Origin: a virus
IMG/VR virus record: IMGVR_UViG_3300031951_000014
Direction: 5' to 3' (one strand)
Length of the DNA: 64,000 nucleotides
Within the stretch, counting starts at the first letter, position 1. Each line of letters starts with the position of its first letter. Both the position numbers and the translations under genes were made by a program. Shown here piece after piece: positions 38,586 through 48,985 of this stretch. The notes under the pieces are model-generated. The model ran no database searches and had not been told where the DNA came from. It saw only the letters and a program-made list of their open reading frames with translations.

Positions 38586-39284
38586 ATGGCTGGTTCAGAC
38601 TATTACGACAGTGCGGTTAATAAGTATCTTAATACTTACACCACATTCTCAGGAGCTGACATTGTTGCCACATTTGGTGGCGTTGAAATCGGTGCACTTT
38701 CAGGAATTACTTTTTCAGTAACAAGAGAAAAAGCACCAATCTACACAATGGGTTCACCAAACCCAAGATCTTTCTCAAGAGGAAAGCGTGGTATCGCTGG
38801 TTCATTGATCTTTACAGTATTTGATCGCCCAGCACTTTACCAAATGCTTGATGCAAACCACCAGAAGGATAACGCACAATTGTTTTACACAAGAAGACAT
38901 AATACTCTTCCTGGAGACGTAGGACACAAGCGTGGTATTGCAGAGTTCTCAACACAAGATTCTGACGTAGTATCACAAGTACCATTCTACGCAGACCAAA
39001 TTCCTCCGTTTGACATTACCATAACTTTTGCCAATGAATACGGTCAAGGTGCTGTACGTTCAATCTATGGCGTAGAGCTTCTTAACGAGGGTTCTGGAGC
39101 ATCAATGGACGACATCGTCATTGAAGAAACCATGACCTATGTTGCAAGAGAAATTGGTCCAATGTACAGAATTACAACAGACCAACTCGCCAATGGCAAG
39201 TTTAATACAGGTGACCTCAGAGACATGATCAACAAAGATACAGTTTCTGAAGCCGGTCTCAATCCTAAGATAATTAGACCATAA
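38586..39284 (+). CDS. Tail tube protein
   Basis: FSGADIVATF...ITFSVTREKAPIYTMGS...RGKRGIAGSLIF...QIPPFDITI; follows the sheath; AGGAGG RBS. Confidence 0.8.
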   Translation: MAGSDYYDSAVNKYLNTYTTFSGADIVATFGGVEIGALSGITFSVTREKAPIYTMGSPNPRSFSRGKRGIAGSLIFTVFDRPALYQMLDANHQKDNAQLFYTRRHNTLPGDVGHKRGIAEFSTQDSDVVSQVPFYADQIPPFDITITFANEYGQGAVRSIYGVELLNEGSGASMDDIVIEETMTYVAREIGPMYRITTDQLANGKFNTGDLRDMINKDTVSEAGLNPKIIRP

Positions 39285-39311
39285 TTTAATTAAACCTGCT
39301 AAAAGTAAGTT

Positions 39312-39356
39312 GATATGGAGGACGGGGGAAACTCTGGTCCTCCATATCTATTTTTT
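39312..39356 (+). terminator. Rho-independent terminator
   Basis: GATATGGAGGAC...GTCCTCCATATC 12-bp stem followed by TATTTTTT. Confidence 0.85.
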
Positions 39357-39373
39357 AGCAAAGATAGGATAAA

Positions 39374-40114
39374 ATGAATAGAATAGACCCTAAACCAATC
39401 AAGTATGATTTTGGACCATATCATAGAAGAGCAAATCTATATGATCAGGAAGCAATTAGTAAAGTAAGGGCAGAAAAGGGTTTACCAGATCCATTTTCAA
39501 ACATGTCTTTTGCAGGAACTGATATTTCTGCAACGATGGTTATACCAGTAATAGATAGATTAAATGGCACAATCCAATCAATGGATGTACTTGAACTAGC
39601 TGAAGTACAAACAATATCTTATTCTATTCATAGAGAAAATTCTCCCGTAAGAACAGTGGGTCACGTTAACCCAAGAGGCTTTGTTAAGGGTGGAAGAACA
39701 ATAGCTGGTTCACTTATATTTACCGTATTTAATGAGTACGCTTTTTATAGAATAAAAGAATATAGAAATATAATGTCAGAAACTGGTTTGTTTTTTGCTC
39801 CCTTAGCTGACATGTTACCACCATTTGACATTGTTTTAACATTTTTTAATGAATATGGTTTGGGTTCAAAAATGAAAATATATGGTGTTACAATAGTGGA
39901 TGAAGGTCAAACAATGTCTGTGGACGACCTTATCACTGAACAAACATATACTTTTATGGCTAGAGGAATTCAACCAATGATTTCCATGGACTATGACCCG
40001 ATGCTTCTCGGTGCAGAAGAAAGCGCTGTCTACAAAGACAGACAAAATAACTTTTACGGTGAAGAAAAAATGTTAGAATATACTAGATTTATAGACAGAG
40101 TAAGAAAGCCTTAA
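39374..40114 (+). CDS. Tail tube-like protein (paralogue)
   Basis: FAGTDI...ISYSIHRE...RTIAGSLIFTVF...LPPFDIVL matches 38586. Confidence 0.7.
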   Translation: MNRIDPKPIKYDFGPYHRRANLYDQEAISKVRAEKGLPDPFSNMSFAGTDISATMVIPVIDRLNGTIQSMDVLELAEVQTISYSIHRENSPVRTVGHVNPRGFVKGGRTIAGSLIFTVFNEYAFYRIKEYRNIMSETGLFFAPLADMLPPFDIVLTFFNEYGLGSKMKIYGVTIVDEGQTMSVDDLITEQTYTFMARGIQPMISMDYDPMLLGAEESAVYKDRQNNFYGEEKMLEYTRFIDRVRKP

Positions 40115-40118
40115 ACGC

Positions 40119-41168
40119 ATGGCAGGTGCAGCAGACCAAAATGGAAGACTTTACGGAAAACCTTTTAGGCCGTTTAGCTCTTATTTACCACCAGAATTTA
40201 AATTTGCAAAAGAAGGTGATGCCTACTCATTAATAATGCCAGATTCCTTTGATCCACTAAACCCAGATATTGATTTACAGTGGGCTGGAAAAGTAGATGA
40301 TACAGCAAAGTTTAATAATTATTACGATTACTTTTTTACTGGTGAAGATGTAAAAATTTATATAGATGGTTTATTTGACGCCGGTGATGAATTAGATATA
40401 GCAAGTTTTGCATTTAATATAGTCCAACAAAAAACTCCATTGTATGGTTTTTGGTCATATAACTATGATGTTATGATGACTGGCACAAGAATAGTCACTG
40501 GTGAATTCGTAGTACATAGTAGATATCCTGGAAGAATGAGAGACTTGCTTTCAAAAGCTGCAGATGTTAGAGCTTCTTTTTATACAGATTCTCCAAAATC
40601 TCAAATTCAATCTTATTTAAGAGGTGACAAAGAAAGTCAAGAAGACGATAAAAATATACAAAAATATTGGGGGGCAAGCCAGCTTGATAGACTGTCATCC
40701 GATCAAAGAAATTCTTCAAACGACAGAAACATATTTAGTGCTCACCCTCCATTTAACTTTGTAATAAAATATGGATCCCAAGAAGGTTCTTTAACAACCC
40801 TGGTTAGAAATAAGGGGACAGGTGGCGATCAGTCATACGATATGCTTGATAGACTGATGTCACTAGATTATAATGACAGACTAAGTCAAACAAATATTAG
40901 AGAAATGGATATTATTTTACAAAGCATTCATTTAACAACTATGTCTACAAATTATAATCCAGGTGGAAATCCTTTGGTGGAAGCTTATCAATTTATAGCT
41001 AGAGATATGTATATCTCTGAAGGGGTCAGAAAAGATCCTCCAAATGGTCAAATAACTATAAATGAAGAGCAACAGACAAGATCAACAAATTCCACAATCG
41101 TACAACCTCCTCCAACTGAAGAAGAGCTCCTATCGCTAAAGGATAGAGCAAGATTGTACGAAGAATAA
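40119..41168 (+). CDS. Tail tube-like / tube initiator protein
   Basis: FTGEDVKIYI...QQKTPLYGFWS...GTRIVTG...PPFNFVI; distant similarity to the tube. Confidence 0.55.
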   Translation: MAGAADQNGRLYGKPFRPFSSYLPPEFKFAKEGDAYSLIMPDSFDPLNPDIDLQWAGKVDDTAKFNNYYDYFFTGEDVKIYIDGLFDAGDELDIASFAFNIVQQKTPLYGFWSYNYDVMMTGTRIVTGEFVVHSRYPGRMRDLLSKAADVRASFYTDSPKSQIQSYLRGDKESQEDDKNIQKYWGASQLDRLSSDQRNSSNDRNIFSAHPPFNFVIKYGSQEGSLTTLVRNKGTGGDQSYDMLDRLMSLDYNDRLSQTNIREMDIILQSIHLTTMSTNYNPGGNPLVEAYQFIARDMYISEGVRKDPPNGQITINEEQQTRSTNSTIVQPPPTEEELLSLKDRARLYEE

Positions 41169-41177
41169 TAATAATTG

Positions 41178-41186
41178 TGGTATACT
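41178..41186 (+). promoter_or_regulatory. Extended -10 promoter (TGGTATACT)
   Basis: Intergenic, upstream of the chaperone genes. Confidence 0.45.
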
Positions 41187-41220
41187 TATTTAAATAGAAA
41201 ATACTTAATCAGGAGAAATC

Positions 41221-41721
41221 ATGAGTGAAGTGAGAAAAGTTGTAGTTAAAGACGCTCCAGAACTGGCCGAAGAAATGGGAGCTCAAGAAGCGTATGTTAC
41301 GATTGCAGAAGACGAAATGCAAGCACCTGTTGAAGAGAGCGTCGGTGTAGAAGAGTTGCCAGATGATGAGCACATTTGGCCAAACGGTCCAACAGCAGGC
41401 CAAATTAAAGCTTGGAAAAAAGAATTTGGTGACGTGTATGTCACATCAATTAGCTATGATAAGCATATTGCCTGGAGAACATTGAATCGTCTTGAATATA
41501 AGAATCTCTTCAAGAAGATGGAACAACTTGTTCAGGCTGGTCAACTTAGCCAGTCAGAAGCAAATCTTTGGAACGAAGAAGCAATTGCAGAAACATGCAT
41601 TCTATTTCCTCAGTATGATAAGCAATCGCTAATTACTGAGATGGCTGGTCTGCCGTCGCTAATTTCTCAAGAAGTGTTAGAAGCTTCTGGGTTCTTAGCA
41701 TTAGAAGTAAGACAGCTCTAA
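41221..41721 (+). CDS. Putative tail assembly chaperone
   Basis: IKAWKKEFGDVY...WRTLNRLEYK...AGLPSLISQEVLEASGF; between tube and tape measure. Confidence 0.6.
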   Translation: MSEVRKVVVKDAPELAEEMGAQEAYVTIAEDEMQAPVEESVGVEELPDDEHIWPNGPTAGQIKAWKKEFGDVYVTSISYDKHIAWRTLNRLEYKNLFKKMEQLVQAGQLSQSEANLWNEEAIAETCILFPQYDKQSLITEMAGLPSLISQEVLEASGFLALEVRQL

Positions 41722-41725
41722 TGAC

Positions 41726-42352
41726 ATGGTCAATGCAGAAATATTATATGAACTAAAATTAAAATATGGATCTATTTTTCAGACTTATCTGAAAAAAGAT
41801 CTTGTAATATTTCGTGAATTAACCTTTGCTGAATTCGATAAAATAGCTGAACATGAATCACTTGGTGAAAGTTCAGCGGAAATAGAAGATTTAATAATTA
41901 AGTCAGCTGTATTATATCCAGAAGATATCGTTCTGGATCATTATCCAGCTGGCTTAGTTGCTTCTTTGGCGGAAGAAATTCTTCAAGAGTCTGGTTTTGC
42001 CTCCCCCGCTAAGGCTAAAAGAACATTAGATGATAAAAGGGCTCAGGCTGCAGAAGTTAGAAATTTAATGAAAGCCTTTGTTCTGAGTACTATAACTACA
42101 TATTCTCCTGAGGACTTAGATAATTTAACTTATACTAAGTTAGCAGAAAAAGTAGCACTATCAGAAAAAATTATAGAAATAAAACAAAACATTTTAGGTA
42201 TTGCGCCAACAAATGTAATATTGCAACTTATTGATCCTCAAGAAGAAGAAGAAAAGTTTAAGGATAAAGCTGAAAGATACAATAAGTCTAAAAAAGAAGG
42301 CGAAGCAAAGTATGAAGATCCAATTGCTCAAAAACTTTGGGGAATTAGATAA
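41726..42352 (+). CDS. Putative tail assembly chaperone (paralogue of 41221)
   Basis: LKLKYGSIF...FRELTFAEF...AGLVASLAEEILQESGF. Confidence 0.55.
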   Translation: MVNAEILYELKLKYGSIFQTYLKKDLVIFRELTFAEFDKIAEHESLGESSAEIEDLIIKSAVLYPEDIVLDHYPAGLVASLAEEILQESGFASPAKAKRTLDDKRAQAAEVRNLMKAFVLSTITTYSPEDLDNLTYTKLAEKVALSEKIIEIKQNILGIAPTNVILQLIDPQEEEEKFKDKAERYNKSKKEGEAKYEDPIAQKLWGIR

Positions 42353-42369
42353 TAGAAGGGTAGATTGTT

Positions 42370-45300
42370 TTGTTTAGAGACAAAACACCGTTAGTCAACT
42401 TAGGCTATGGTCTCACGTCCCGTGACGTACCAGCAAGTTCTAATGAAGAAAAAAACCCTAACCCAAACAGCGGATACATATCTCGTGCGTTAAATGATAA
42501 GCCGATTCTTAAATACATAACAACTACAGCTGCAACATTAGCTGGAACTTATGCCGCGTCAAAGCTTTTAAGTAAGGGTGGCATTAAACTTGCGAAAACA
42601 ATACAGAGGTCTGCAGATAGTGGGTCTCATCTAGGTAGGACTTTTGTCCAAAATGCAGCACAAATAAGAAAAACCTTAGATGAACTTGAGGGTGTAAATA
42701 GATATGTTGAAGGTTTTGAGGATCCTTATAGCAGATTAATATATCAAGCAGCAGATGGAAAAACAATAAGGCCACAGCTGACAAGATTGACTGGTCCAGA
42801 ATTTGTTTCCGATGGAACAATGTGGATGACAAGAAGAGAGTTTCAAGCCTCACGAGCAGGTCGTCAACCGGTAGCTGAATGGGCTTTTAGAGATCAATTG
42901 CAGAGCAACCTTGCAAGAGGTGCAAGAAATCTACCGCTTACTTTACCAGCAACATACATTGTACAAAGAGGTTTAACAGATCCATTATTTGGAAACTCTG
43001 AAGATAGACCTAGAACAAAATGGTATAACCCTGTTGATGTTGTCACTGATTTTGTTAAGCAGTCAACACTAAATATAACGAGCATACTACTTCCAGAGTC
43101 AGTTGCTGGAGCGGGAATAAAGAGGATAAAACAATTATCTGATGCACCGTATCAAGATTTTCCACTGCCACTAAGTAGAAATCAGCTTAAAACAGCAAAT
43201 AAAGTAGCAGATCTAAAAACTATTTTAATGTCATTTGGACAAGATAGTGAAAAGATAATACAACAAGCTACAAGAATTAGCAGTTCAGCATCCTATGCAT
43301 TTAACGCTTCATTCCAAGAAGCTCAAAGAAGAGAAGGTGGAGTTGTTTTTGCACTACACCAGGCAAGAAGAGGAGCAGCTGCAGCCAGAGCAGCTTCTGA
43401 GCTTTCTGGAGAAGGAAAACTTGCAAGAGCTACAAAAACAGCTAGAGGCTATCTATTTGGCTATGCAAATAATTCTGATACAAGTCTTGATATTCCGCTC
43501 TATGGAGAATTCAAAGCAGGAGAAAAAACACTCGGGTTTATAGACACAATACCAACATTAAGAGGCTTAACAACTGGCTCTAGAACATATCGTCAACAAT
43601 ATAAAACAGCAAAGAACGCTTATGATGTTATATCTGGGGCCCTTTCATATGATGAGGCACTGAGAAGATCTACTGGAGATACAACCACTGCTGCAGATAT
43701 TTTAACAAAAACAATTCAAAATATCAAAAAACAACATACAAGTAGATTTTCTAATCTAGTCTACTCGTCATTAAACGCTAAATCCATGGTTGATGGTGAT
43801 AGTGATTTAACAAAAGCTGGACAATTTACCAGAGAATTTGAAAATGAAGCGTATGCTAGATCTATACAAGAGTCTTTAGTTAGACGAGGGATAAATGATG
43901 AAGCTGCATTAGACTTTGTCGGCCAAATGAAGATAAGAAGACTTCTAACTCCTTTTGACAGAAATAGAAGTATCTCTGAAAGAATTACATTTGGAATTAA
44001 AAAGATAAATGTAGGGACAGATGATGCATTCTTTGCGGCAATAAATGAAAGAGCTAAAAAAGATTTAGGTAAAAAAGCAGAAAACTTTACTGCTGAAATA
44101 CTTAAGTCATCATTTAGAGAAGCAGACTCAGCATTTACAACTCAATCATATAGAGCTCTTTTAAGGGAAAGGGCAGAACTAGCTTATAAAGATATAGAAA
44201 AAAATATCATAATACAGCATGCAAACGCAATAAGTAGGCCACAAAAAGCTCTGTACGAAGATTTTACTGGAGCAATAACTCCTCAAAAAATGAGTTTTCT
44301 TTCAAGAAAAGCAGCTCAAAAACTTGGAATACAATTAGTTAATTCAGATGGATCATACACCTCAGACAATTTCATTGCTGCTCAGTTAGCTAAAAGAGGA
44401 ATAAATGCAGACGATGCCTCACAGCTAAAAGGATTCTTAATTGATAATAAATTAATGACACCAGCGTCTAGTGTTGGTGGATTTAATATTTTTGGCTTAA
44501 GAGAAATATCAATTGACAAAGCATTTGATAAAGGAATTTTTGAAGCATTTGATGATAAGAGTAGGGCAGAGGCTAGAAGAGTATTTGGCCAAGTTGCAAT
44601 GCAAGATCCAGTTTCTAGAACAATTGGATATTCTGCACTTACTGGAGTTTACGAAAACGCAGCTGGAAGAATAGTTGATACAACCAGAATGAGATCTGGT
44701 TTTATGAGCTTTATGGATACTCTTACTGAGGGCTACGGAATACCAGTAGTTAAATTTAATCCTTTACAACTTCTTGGTTTTGGTGGCCCCAAAGGTGTTT
44801 CTAGAGATACGGAAATACAATTCTTAAGAGGGACAGCAAGACAAGATTTTATAGCTGATTCCGTAGATAGACCAGAGGTTTATGCGTGGGTTAATCAGAG
44901 ATCTGGTTTATTTGGAAACGTAGGAAAATTATTTGGCATTACTGCTACAGAGGGTGGCGCTTCAATTGATGAAGCAGCTGGTTTGTATAAGAGATTTTCT
45001 TCGACTGAAACCGATCTTTATTCAAGAGCAGCAAGATTGGCGTCGGGTAGAGAACAGGAAAGGTCTTCTGTTATAGCTGGAGAACCAGTTGGAAGATTAG
45101 AAAGAATCAGATCTTTATTTGATGTAGATGAAGAGCAACCAAGTTCTTTGTTTAGAAAACTTGGAAGATTTGCAAGAAGAAAGTCAGATATACAAAACCC
45201 AGTTGTATTTGGAAAACTTTTATCTGAAGGGACTATTAGTGTTGGTAGGGGCAAAACTCTAACACTTAATGCTGTTGATGATACTGTAAATATAATAAAT

Positions 45301-48300
45301 GAAGCTGGAGAAGTAGTATTTAATGCAGATGAAGTTTCTGGAGCTTTTGAAGCTTTTAGACAACAAACATCAAGAAGAGGAACTCCACTAAGAATATTAG
45401 ATGCGTACCAAGAATCTCTTAATTTAAGAAGACTAAGCATAAGAGGTGAAGAGGTAGGACTTGCTTCTATAACTGACGAAGACTTACCAGAAGCCGTAAA
45501 AAGCCTAGAAAGTATTTACGAAACCGTAAGCTCATCAATAAAGGCTCGTGGAGGAAACCCTATTGGCTTAACAAGAGCAATGAATTTTGTTAGCAATATG
45601 GCAGAAGAAGCTGAGTCTTTATCAAGTGATATAATTAAGCATAGATCGCCAACAATCAGCACAAGGCAAGACTATTTAAGAAATGCAATTAATAAAGTAC
45701 TTATTGAAATAAGTGCATATGAAGACTACAGTGCAGATCCTGGTGCGATAGCTTCAAAGTTAGAAGAAGTGCTTCTCAGGCTAAGAAGAACTGGACAAAT
45801 TTCTCCAGAACAATTATCTGAAGCAAGAGCAGCAGCACTCGAAAATGTTTTTGACTTAGTTTCTTATCAAAATTATTCACCAAAACTTCAATTTGGTTTA
45901 AACCAGCAAAAAGCTTTAAATTCTATTATTAATAAAAGAAACGAAAGTGAAGCCTTTGCAAAAGCACTTTCTGGTTTGACTAAACCATTTACAAGTCAAA
46001 CAATAGCTAACGTTGGTGCAGGTGGAACTGGAAGATTTACCTCTTTAATTAGACCTTTTTTTAAGAGAAACTTTGGCGTTGCTCCATATGAATTAGCAGA
46101 TACCGCAGTAAACCCACTAGGTAATGCTGGTGTAACATTTGTCCCAACATTTTCAACATTGCTCGATAGAGCAGCAGAAGGGCAAACTAGTTTTACAAGA
46201 GTTCTTGGTAACGTAGTTGGTGCAACTAGCTATAGTTCACCAGGTACATTTAGTGCAGCCTCAATACCAGCAATACATCTATCTGACAGAATAAACAGAT
46301 ACTTTGGAACACTGGGTCTATCGGTTGATGCTGATAAGTACAGAAGTCCATTAAGTTTCTTTGCTGGTGGCATTGTTGGTAAAAGAGTAGCACCACTTTA
46401 TATTGGTGGTGCACTAGCTCTTGGTGCAGACAGAACAATAGGTGGCCTAACTCAAGAAAGAGACGCAAGAGGAGAAAGGGTTTATTCTCCGTTCTTTTTG
46501 GGCAAAGCAGCAAGAGGAGCAGTAGAACTTCAATCAATTGCATCAGGGATAACTCCTGGTGGAATGGGTTATGAAGAAAAGAAAGAACAGCTTCTTGAGG
46601 GGGAAGTGCCAGTAAGACAAGGTAGATATTGGCCGCTTGGCACAACACCATTTGCTGGTGGCAAAGTGCAATATTACAGACCTTCCTATTACAGAAGAAT
46701 GCAATCTGGAAGCACCTACACTTCAGACGCTTTTGGTTCTCCGATTGAAAGACTAGCTTATGGTTATGATTTCTCCCCATTAAGACCATTTGATCCATAT
46801 AGATTTGAAAGAAAGCAGTACTTTGATAGGCCTTATCCAGTAACTGGAGAATACTTTACTGGTCCGTTTGGTCCATTGACTCCAGCACTTAATATGACAT
46901 TTGGGAGATTGCTAAAACCGCAAGTCCAAATGCACCAACAAGAAGTTTCGCAAGCATTGTCTCAATATGTTCCAGCAGGTTATGGTGGTGCCTATGATCC
47001 ATCCGGCTTATTATCTTCTGGAAGAGTGGCTCCAACTTATGGTGGGGGAATATTTAGTTCTGGAGGAGATCAGTCAGAGCAGTTTAGATCATCTTCTTCA
47101 GTAACTGGTTTACAAATAGGAAGCTACAATAATTCAGTAGCAAGTTCTTACGCACCGTTAAACACAGCTAGAAATATTTCTTTTAATACAATTGCAACTG
47201 CAAATCAAGGTTATACACAAGCTGCGCAATATGGTCCACCCCCAGTGCCAGGCTATATACCACCAGCAATTGCACCAGCTGGTGCTCCAATTAGTGTTTC
47301 TTCTCCAGCATTTCAAAAAACAGAACTTGGTTACAGAATGCAAGAAATGGCTGGTATTTATGGATTTGGTTTCTCTTCTCTTAGAGAAACATTTGGTTTT
47401 GGAAGCGGGGATTTGCAACCAAATGTATCAGTATTACAATCAGCATCAAAAGCTTATGGATCGACTAGATCTTTCTGGGACTTAAATTTAGGTGGACTTG
47501 GTGACGTCCCAGCAGCAGAGTCAAGTTTAGAACTATCTGAAATAGCAAGAAGATTTGTTCCAAAAGAAAGAACAGATATAACTTACTTGAACCCAATTAG
47601 AAATACAATGGGAATGAAATATCCATTTCTTCCTGGGTCAGATTATTTTATAAATTTTAAAACAGGTGATCCATTTACCAAGGTACAAGAAGGAGAATTA
47701 AGACTTCCTGGTGTAGCATACGAAAGGCTAAACCCACTAAGAAGAGACTATTCAAGTCCAGTAACGCAATTAGATATTTTAGCTGACGTAGCTCCTTACT
47801 CAAGGCAGTATAGATCATTAGATAGAACTCTTAATATGGGTAATTTACAACCCTCAGAAAGAGTTGAAGTACAAAGAATTAGAGCACAAGTTGAGCAAAC
47901 GACAAAAAGAAATGAATTTAGTCCTTATAAATATAAGCATGCAACAGCAGAAGAGTTAGGAATAAGTAATGCAGCAAAGATGATTGGTCAAATGGGGGAA
48001 TATTTTGCCCACAGAGACACATTCATTAATACAAAGTTTTTTCCAAATAGAACTGCTCAAGAAGATTGGGAGAGAAGAAATGTGTATGGCAACTCCTTCC
48101 CTGAATGGAGCAGCCCAATTGAAAGCTTTATTAAGCCAATCTATTATAAGAGCACGCAAAGAAATCCTTTAACAGCAGGTTTAATTACAGCTGGAATAGG
48201 AGCACTATTTGGCAGGGGACCAAAAGAAAGAGCTTTTGGCGCAATATTTGGCTTGTCTACTGGGATGGCTTTCTCCGCATATGGTAATGCTAAGGAAGCA

Positions 48301-48984
48301 TTTACTGGAGAAAGATTTATTCCAAAAGAACGCAAAAAACAAATGGCTCTTGAAGAATATACAGATATATTATCATATGTAAAAAATAAATCATTAGCCA
48401 CACAAGCATCTCAAGCTGGAGATATGGCTTCAGCTAATCAATTTAACCAAGCTGCAAAAAGAACAATGTATGGGGCAGACTTATATGGAAGCTCTGTTGA
48501 CACTTTGTCTCTGGCAATACCAAAGAGAAAGCGTGAACACTTTAGGGAAATGATCAATGCCCCAGTACAAGAAAGGGAGCAAATTCTTTCGACTGCTCCA
48601 AGACTTGAAAGAAGAATCTATCAAGCAGCTTGGGGAATGCCAGTAGAAGAAAAGCCAGATTTAACAGAATTTTTTTCAAGACATGAACTTCCTGATTTAA
48701 GTTGGGAAGGATGGCATCCAAACACAAATATGGATCATATTAAAATAAAAATGGGCCAGTCTTTAGGCATAAACATGTCTCAAATGGGTTACTATCCACA
48801 ACAGATACGTGAAGCAAATTTAACAAATCCAAGTTATCCAGCATTTTCTGCAACTGAAAATCAAGCCGCAGTAGCAGCTAAATTAAGAATGCTGATGTCA
48901 CGAAATGGGATAAACGGTTCTGTAATGCCAGTTCAAAATAATAGTGGTCAATCTTCAATAAATATTTCTGCAGGAATCCTATAA
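42370..48984 (+). CDS. Very large virion protein, tape-measure-like
   Basis: 2204 aa, TTG start; follows the tail chaperones; A/G/R-rich helical composition with hydrophobic segments. Confidence 0.55.
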   Translation: MFRDKTPLVNLGYGLTSRDVPASSNEEKNPNPNSGYISRALNDKPILKYITTTAATLAGTYAASKLLSKGGIKLAKTIQRSADSGSHLGRTFVQNAAQIRKTLDELEGVNRYVEGFEDPYSRLIYQAADGKTIRPQLTRLTGPEFVSDGTMWMTRREFQASRAGRQPVAEWAFRDQLQSNLARGARNLPLTLPATYIVQRGLTDPLFGNSEDRPRTKWYNPVDVVTDFVKQSTLNITSILLPESVAGAGIKRIKQLSDAPYQDFPLPLSRNQLKTANKVADLKTILMSFGQDSEKIIQQATRISSSASYAFNASFQEAQRREGGVVFALHQARRGAAAARAASELSGEGKLARATKTARGYLFGYANNSDTSLDIPLYGEFKAGEKTLGFIDTIPTLRGLTTGSRTYRQQYKTAKNAYDVISGALSYDEALRRSTGDTTTAADILTKTIQNIKKQHTSRFSNLVYSSLNAKSMVDGDSDLTKAGQFTREFENEAYARSIQESLVRRGINDEAALDFVGQMKIRRLLTPFDRNRSISERITFGIKKINVGTDDAFFAAINERAKKDLGKKAENFTAEILKSSFREADSAFTTQSYRALLRERAELAYKDIEKNIIIQHANAISRPQKALYEDFTGAITPQKMSFLSRKAAQKLGIQLVNSDGSYTSDNFIAAQLAKRGINADDASQLKGFLIDNKLMTPASSVGGFNIFGLREISIDKAFDKGIFEAFDDKSRAEARRVFGQVAMQDPVSRTIGYSALTGVYENAAGRIVDTTRMRSGFMSFMDTLTEGYGIPVVKFNPLQLLGFGGPKGVSRDTEIQFLRGTARQDFIADSVDRPEVYAWVNQRSGLFGNVGKLFGITATEGGASIDEAAGLYKRFSSTETDLYSRAARLASGREQERSSVIAGEPVGRLERIRSLFDVDEEQPSSLFRKLGRFARRKSDIQNPVVFGKLLSEGTISVGRGKTLTLNAVDDTVNIINEAGEVVFNADEVSGAFEAFRQQTSRRGTPLRILDAYQESLNLRRLSIRGEEVGLASITDEDLPEAVKSLESIYETVSSSIKARGGNPIGLTRAMNFVSNMAEEAESLSSDIIKHRSPTISTRQDYLRNAINKVLIEISAYEDYSADPGAIASKLEEVLLRLRRTGQISPEQLSEARAAALENVFDLVSYQNYSPKLQFGLNQQKALNSIINKRNESEAFAKALSGLTKPFTSQTIANVGAGGTGRFTSLIRPFFKRNFGVAPYELADTAVNPLGNAGVTFVPTFSTLLDRAAEGQTSFTRVLGNVVGATSYSSPGTFSAASIPAIHLSDRINRYFGTLGLSVDADKYRSPLSFFAGGIVGKRVAPLYIGGALALGADRTIGGLTQERDARGERVYSPFFLGKAARGAVELQSIASGITPGGMGYEEKKEQLLEGEVPVRQGRYWPLGTTPFAGGKVQYYRPSYYRRMQSGSTYTSDAFGSPIERLAYGYDFSPLRPFDPYRFERKQYFDRPYPVTGEYFTGPFGPLTPALNMTFGRLLKPQVQMHQQEVSQALSQYVPAGYGGAYDPSGLLSSGRVAPTYGGGIFSSGGDQSEQFRSSSSVTGLQIGSYNNSVASSYAPLNTARNISFNTIATANQGYTQAAQYGPPPVPGYIPPAIAPAGAPISVSSPAFQKTELGYRMQEMAGIYGFGFSSLRETFGFGSGDLQPNVSVLQSASKAYGSTRSFWDLNLGGLGDVPAAESSLELSEIARRFVPKERTDITYLNPIRNTMGMKYPFLPGSDYFINFKTGDPFTKVQEGELRLPGVAYERLNPLRRDYSSPVTQLDILADVAPYSRQYRSLDRTLNMGNLQPSERVEVQRIRAQVEQTTKRNEFSPYKYKHATAEELGISNAAKMIGQMGEYFAHRDTFINTKFFPNRTAQEDWERRNVYGNSFPEWSSPIESFIKPIYYKSTQRNPLTAGLITAGIGALFGRGPKERAFGAIFGLSTGMAFSAYGNAKEAFTGERFIPKERKKQMALEEYTDILSYVKNKSLATQASQAGDMASANQFNQAAKRTMYGADLYGSSVDTLSLAIPKRKREHFREMINAPVQEREQILSTAPRLERRIYQAAWGMPVEEKPDLTEFFSRHELPDLSWEGWHPNTNMDHIKIKMGQSLGINMSQMGYYPQQIREANLTNPSYPAFSATENQAAVAAKLRMLMSRNGINGSVMPVQNNSGQSSINISAGIL

Positions 48985-48985
48985 C

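Noticed and set aside
41700-41730. Classical -1 slippery frameshift between the tail chaperone genes
   Set aside because: No X XXY YYZ heptamer seen before the stop; the second gene has its own ATG and is a full paralogue of the first.
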